Below, piece after piece: positions 63,621-64,000 of a DNA stretch of 64,000 nucleotides. The notes under the pieces were generated by a model that worked only from the letters and a program-made list of their open reading frames with translations, was not told the DNA's origin and did no database searches. Made by a program: the position numbers and the translations under genes. This DNA comes from Octopus sinensis (taxonomy: Eukaryota): the NCBI RefSeq assembly GCF_006345805.1, contig NC_043004.1, positions 52,204,001-52,268,000 of the forward strand, written 5' to 3'. Within the stretch, counting starts at the first letter, position 1; each line of letters starts with the position of its first letter.

Positions 63621-64000
63621 ATATATATATATGTATATATTTATGTATATATTTGCATGTCTGTGTTTGTCCCCGCCACCATCGCTTGACAACCGATGTT
63701 AGTGTATTTTCGTCCCCGTAACTTAGCGGTTCAACAAAAGAGACCGAAACAATAAATACTAGGCTTGCAAAGAATAAGTCCTGGAGTCGATTTATTCGAC
63801 TAAAGGCGGTGCTTTAGCATGTCCACTGTCAAATGACTGAAGCAGGTTCAATAATATACACACACACATGGGTTTATATATATATATGAATATATATGTG
63901 TGTATGTGTATGTATGTGCATGTATGTATATATACATACATGCACATATATGCATAAATACGTATGTATGCACCTATTTATCAGAATACAGTCTGTTCAT

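Larger units (their letters stand above)
62901..63845 (+). mobile_element. SINE family A whose internal (TA)n holds ~580 bp of nested elements
   Basis: Head at 62901-63040 and 3' body at 63655-63845, separated by inserts 63050-63345 and 63434-63620. Confidence 0.85.

Overview
AT-rich, microsatellite-saturated animal DNA, almost certainly cephalopod (Octopus-like, judged from recognisable tRNA-derived SINE families and repeat style). It is probably intronic or intergenic, with no confidently identifiable host gene; there is one candidate orphan exon at 49267-49605 (-). Nearly all ORFs in the track are microsatellite artefacts. The real content is transposon-derived. (i) A 5'-truncated but open R4/Dong-clade non-LTR retrotransposon (RT + CCHC knuckle + restriction-like endonuclease, 36819-39220, -) sits in a ~6-kb stack of Dong fragments and a ~560-bp non-coding element, all inserted with the same polarity into (TAA)n arrays. 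(ii) At least five unrelated short Penelope-like/retrozyme-like elements carry minimal type I hammerhead ribozyme motifs (CUGANGA...GAAA...palindromic stem III...GUH), sit in or beside (TA)n and often have inverted ends. One of them has captured the 3' half of 5.8S rRNA plus ITS2 (25792-26053). A related-looking element forms a 282-bp near-perfect palindrome (6626-6907). (iii) There is a full-length but frameshifted Tc1 (DD34E) with TIRs and TA TSD, two mariner fossils, Tx1/L1, RTE and Penelope GIY-YIG fossils, weaker Crypton and Helitron fossils, and many SINEs. All assignments are by-eye motif recognition; no database search or RNA folding program was run.
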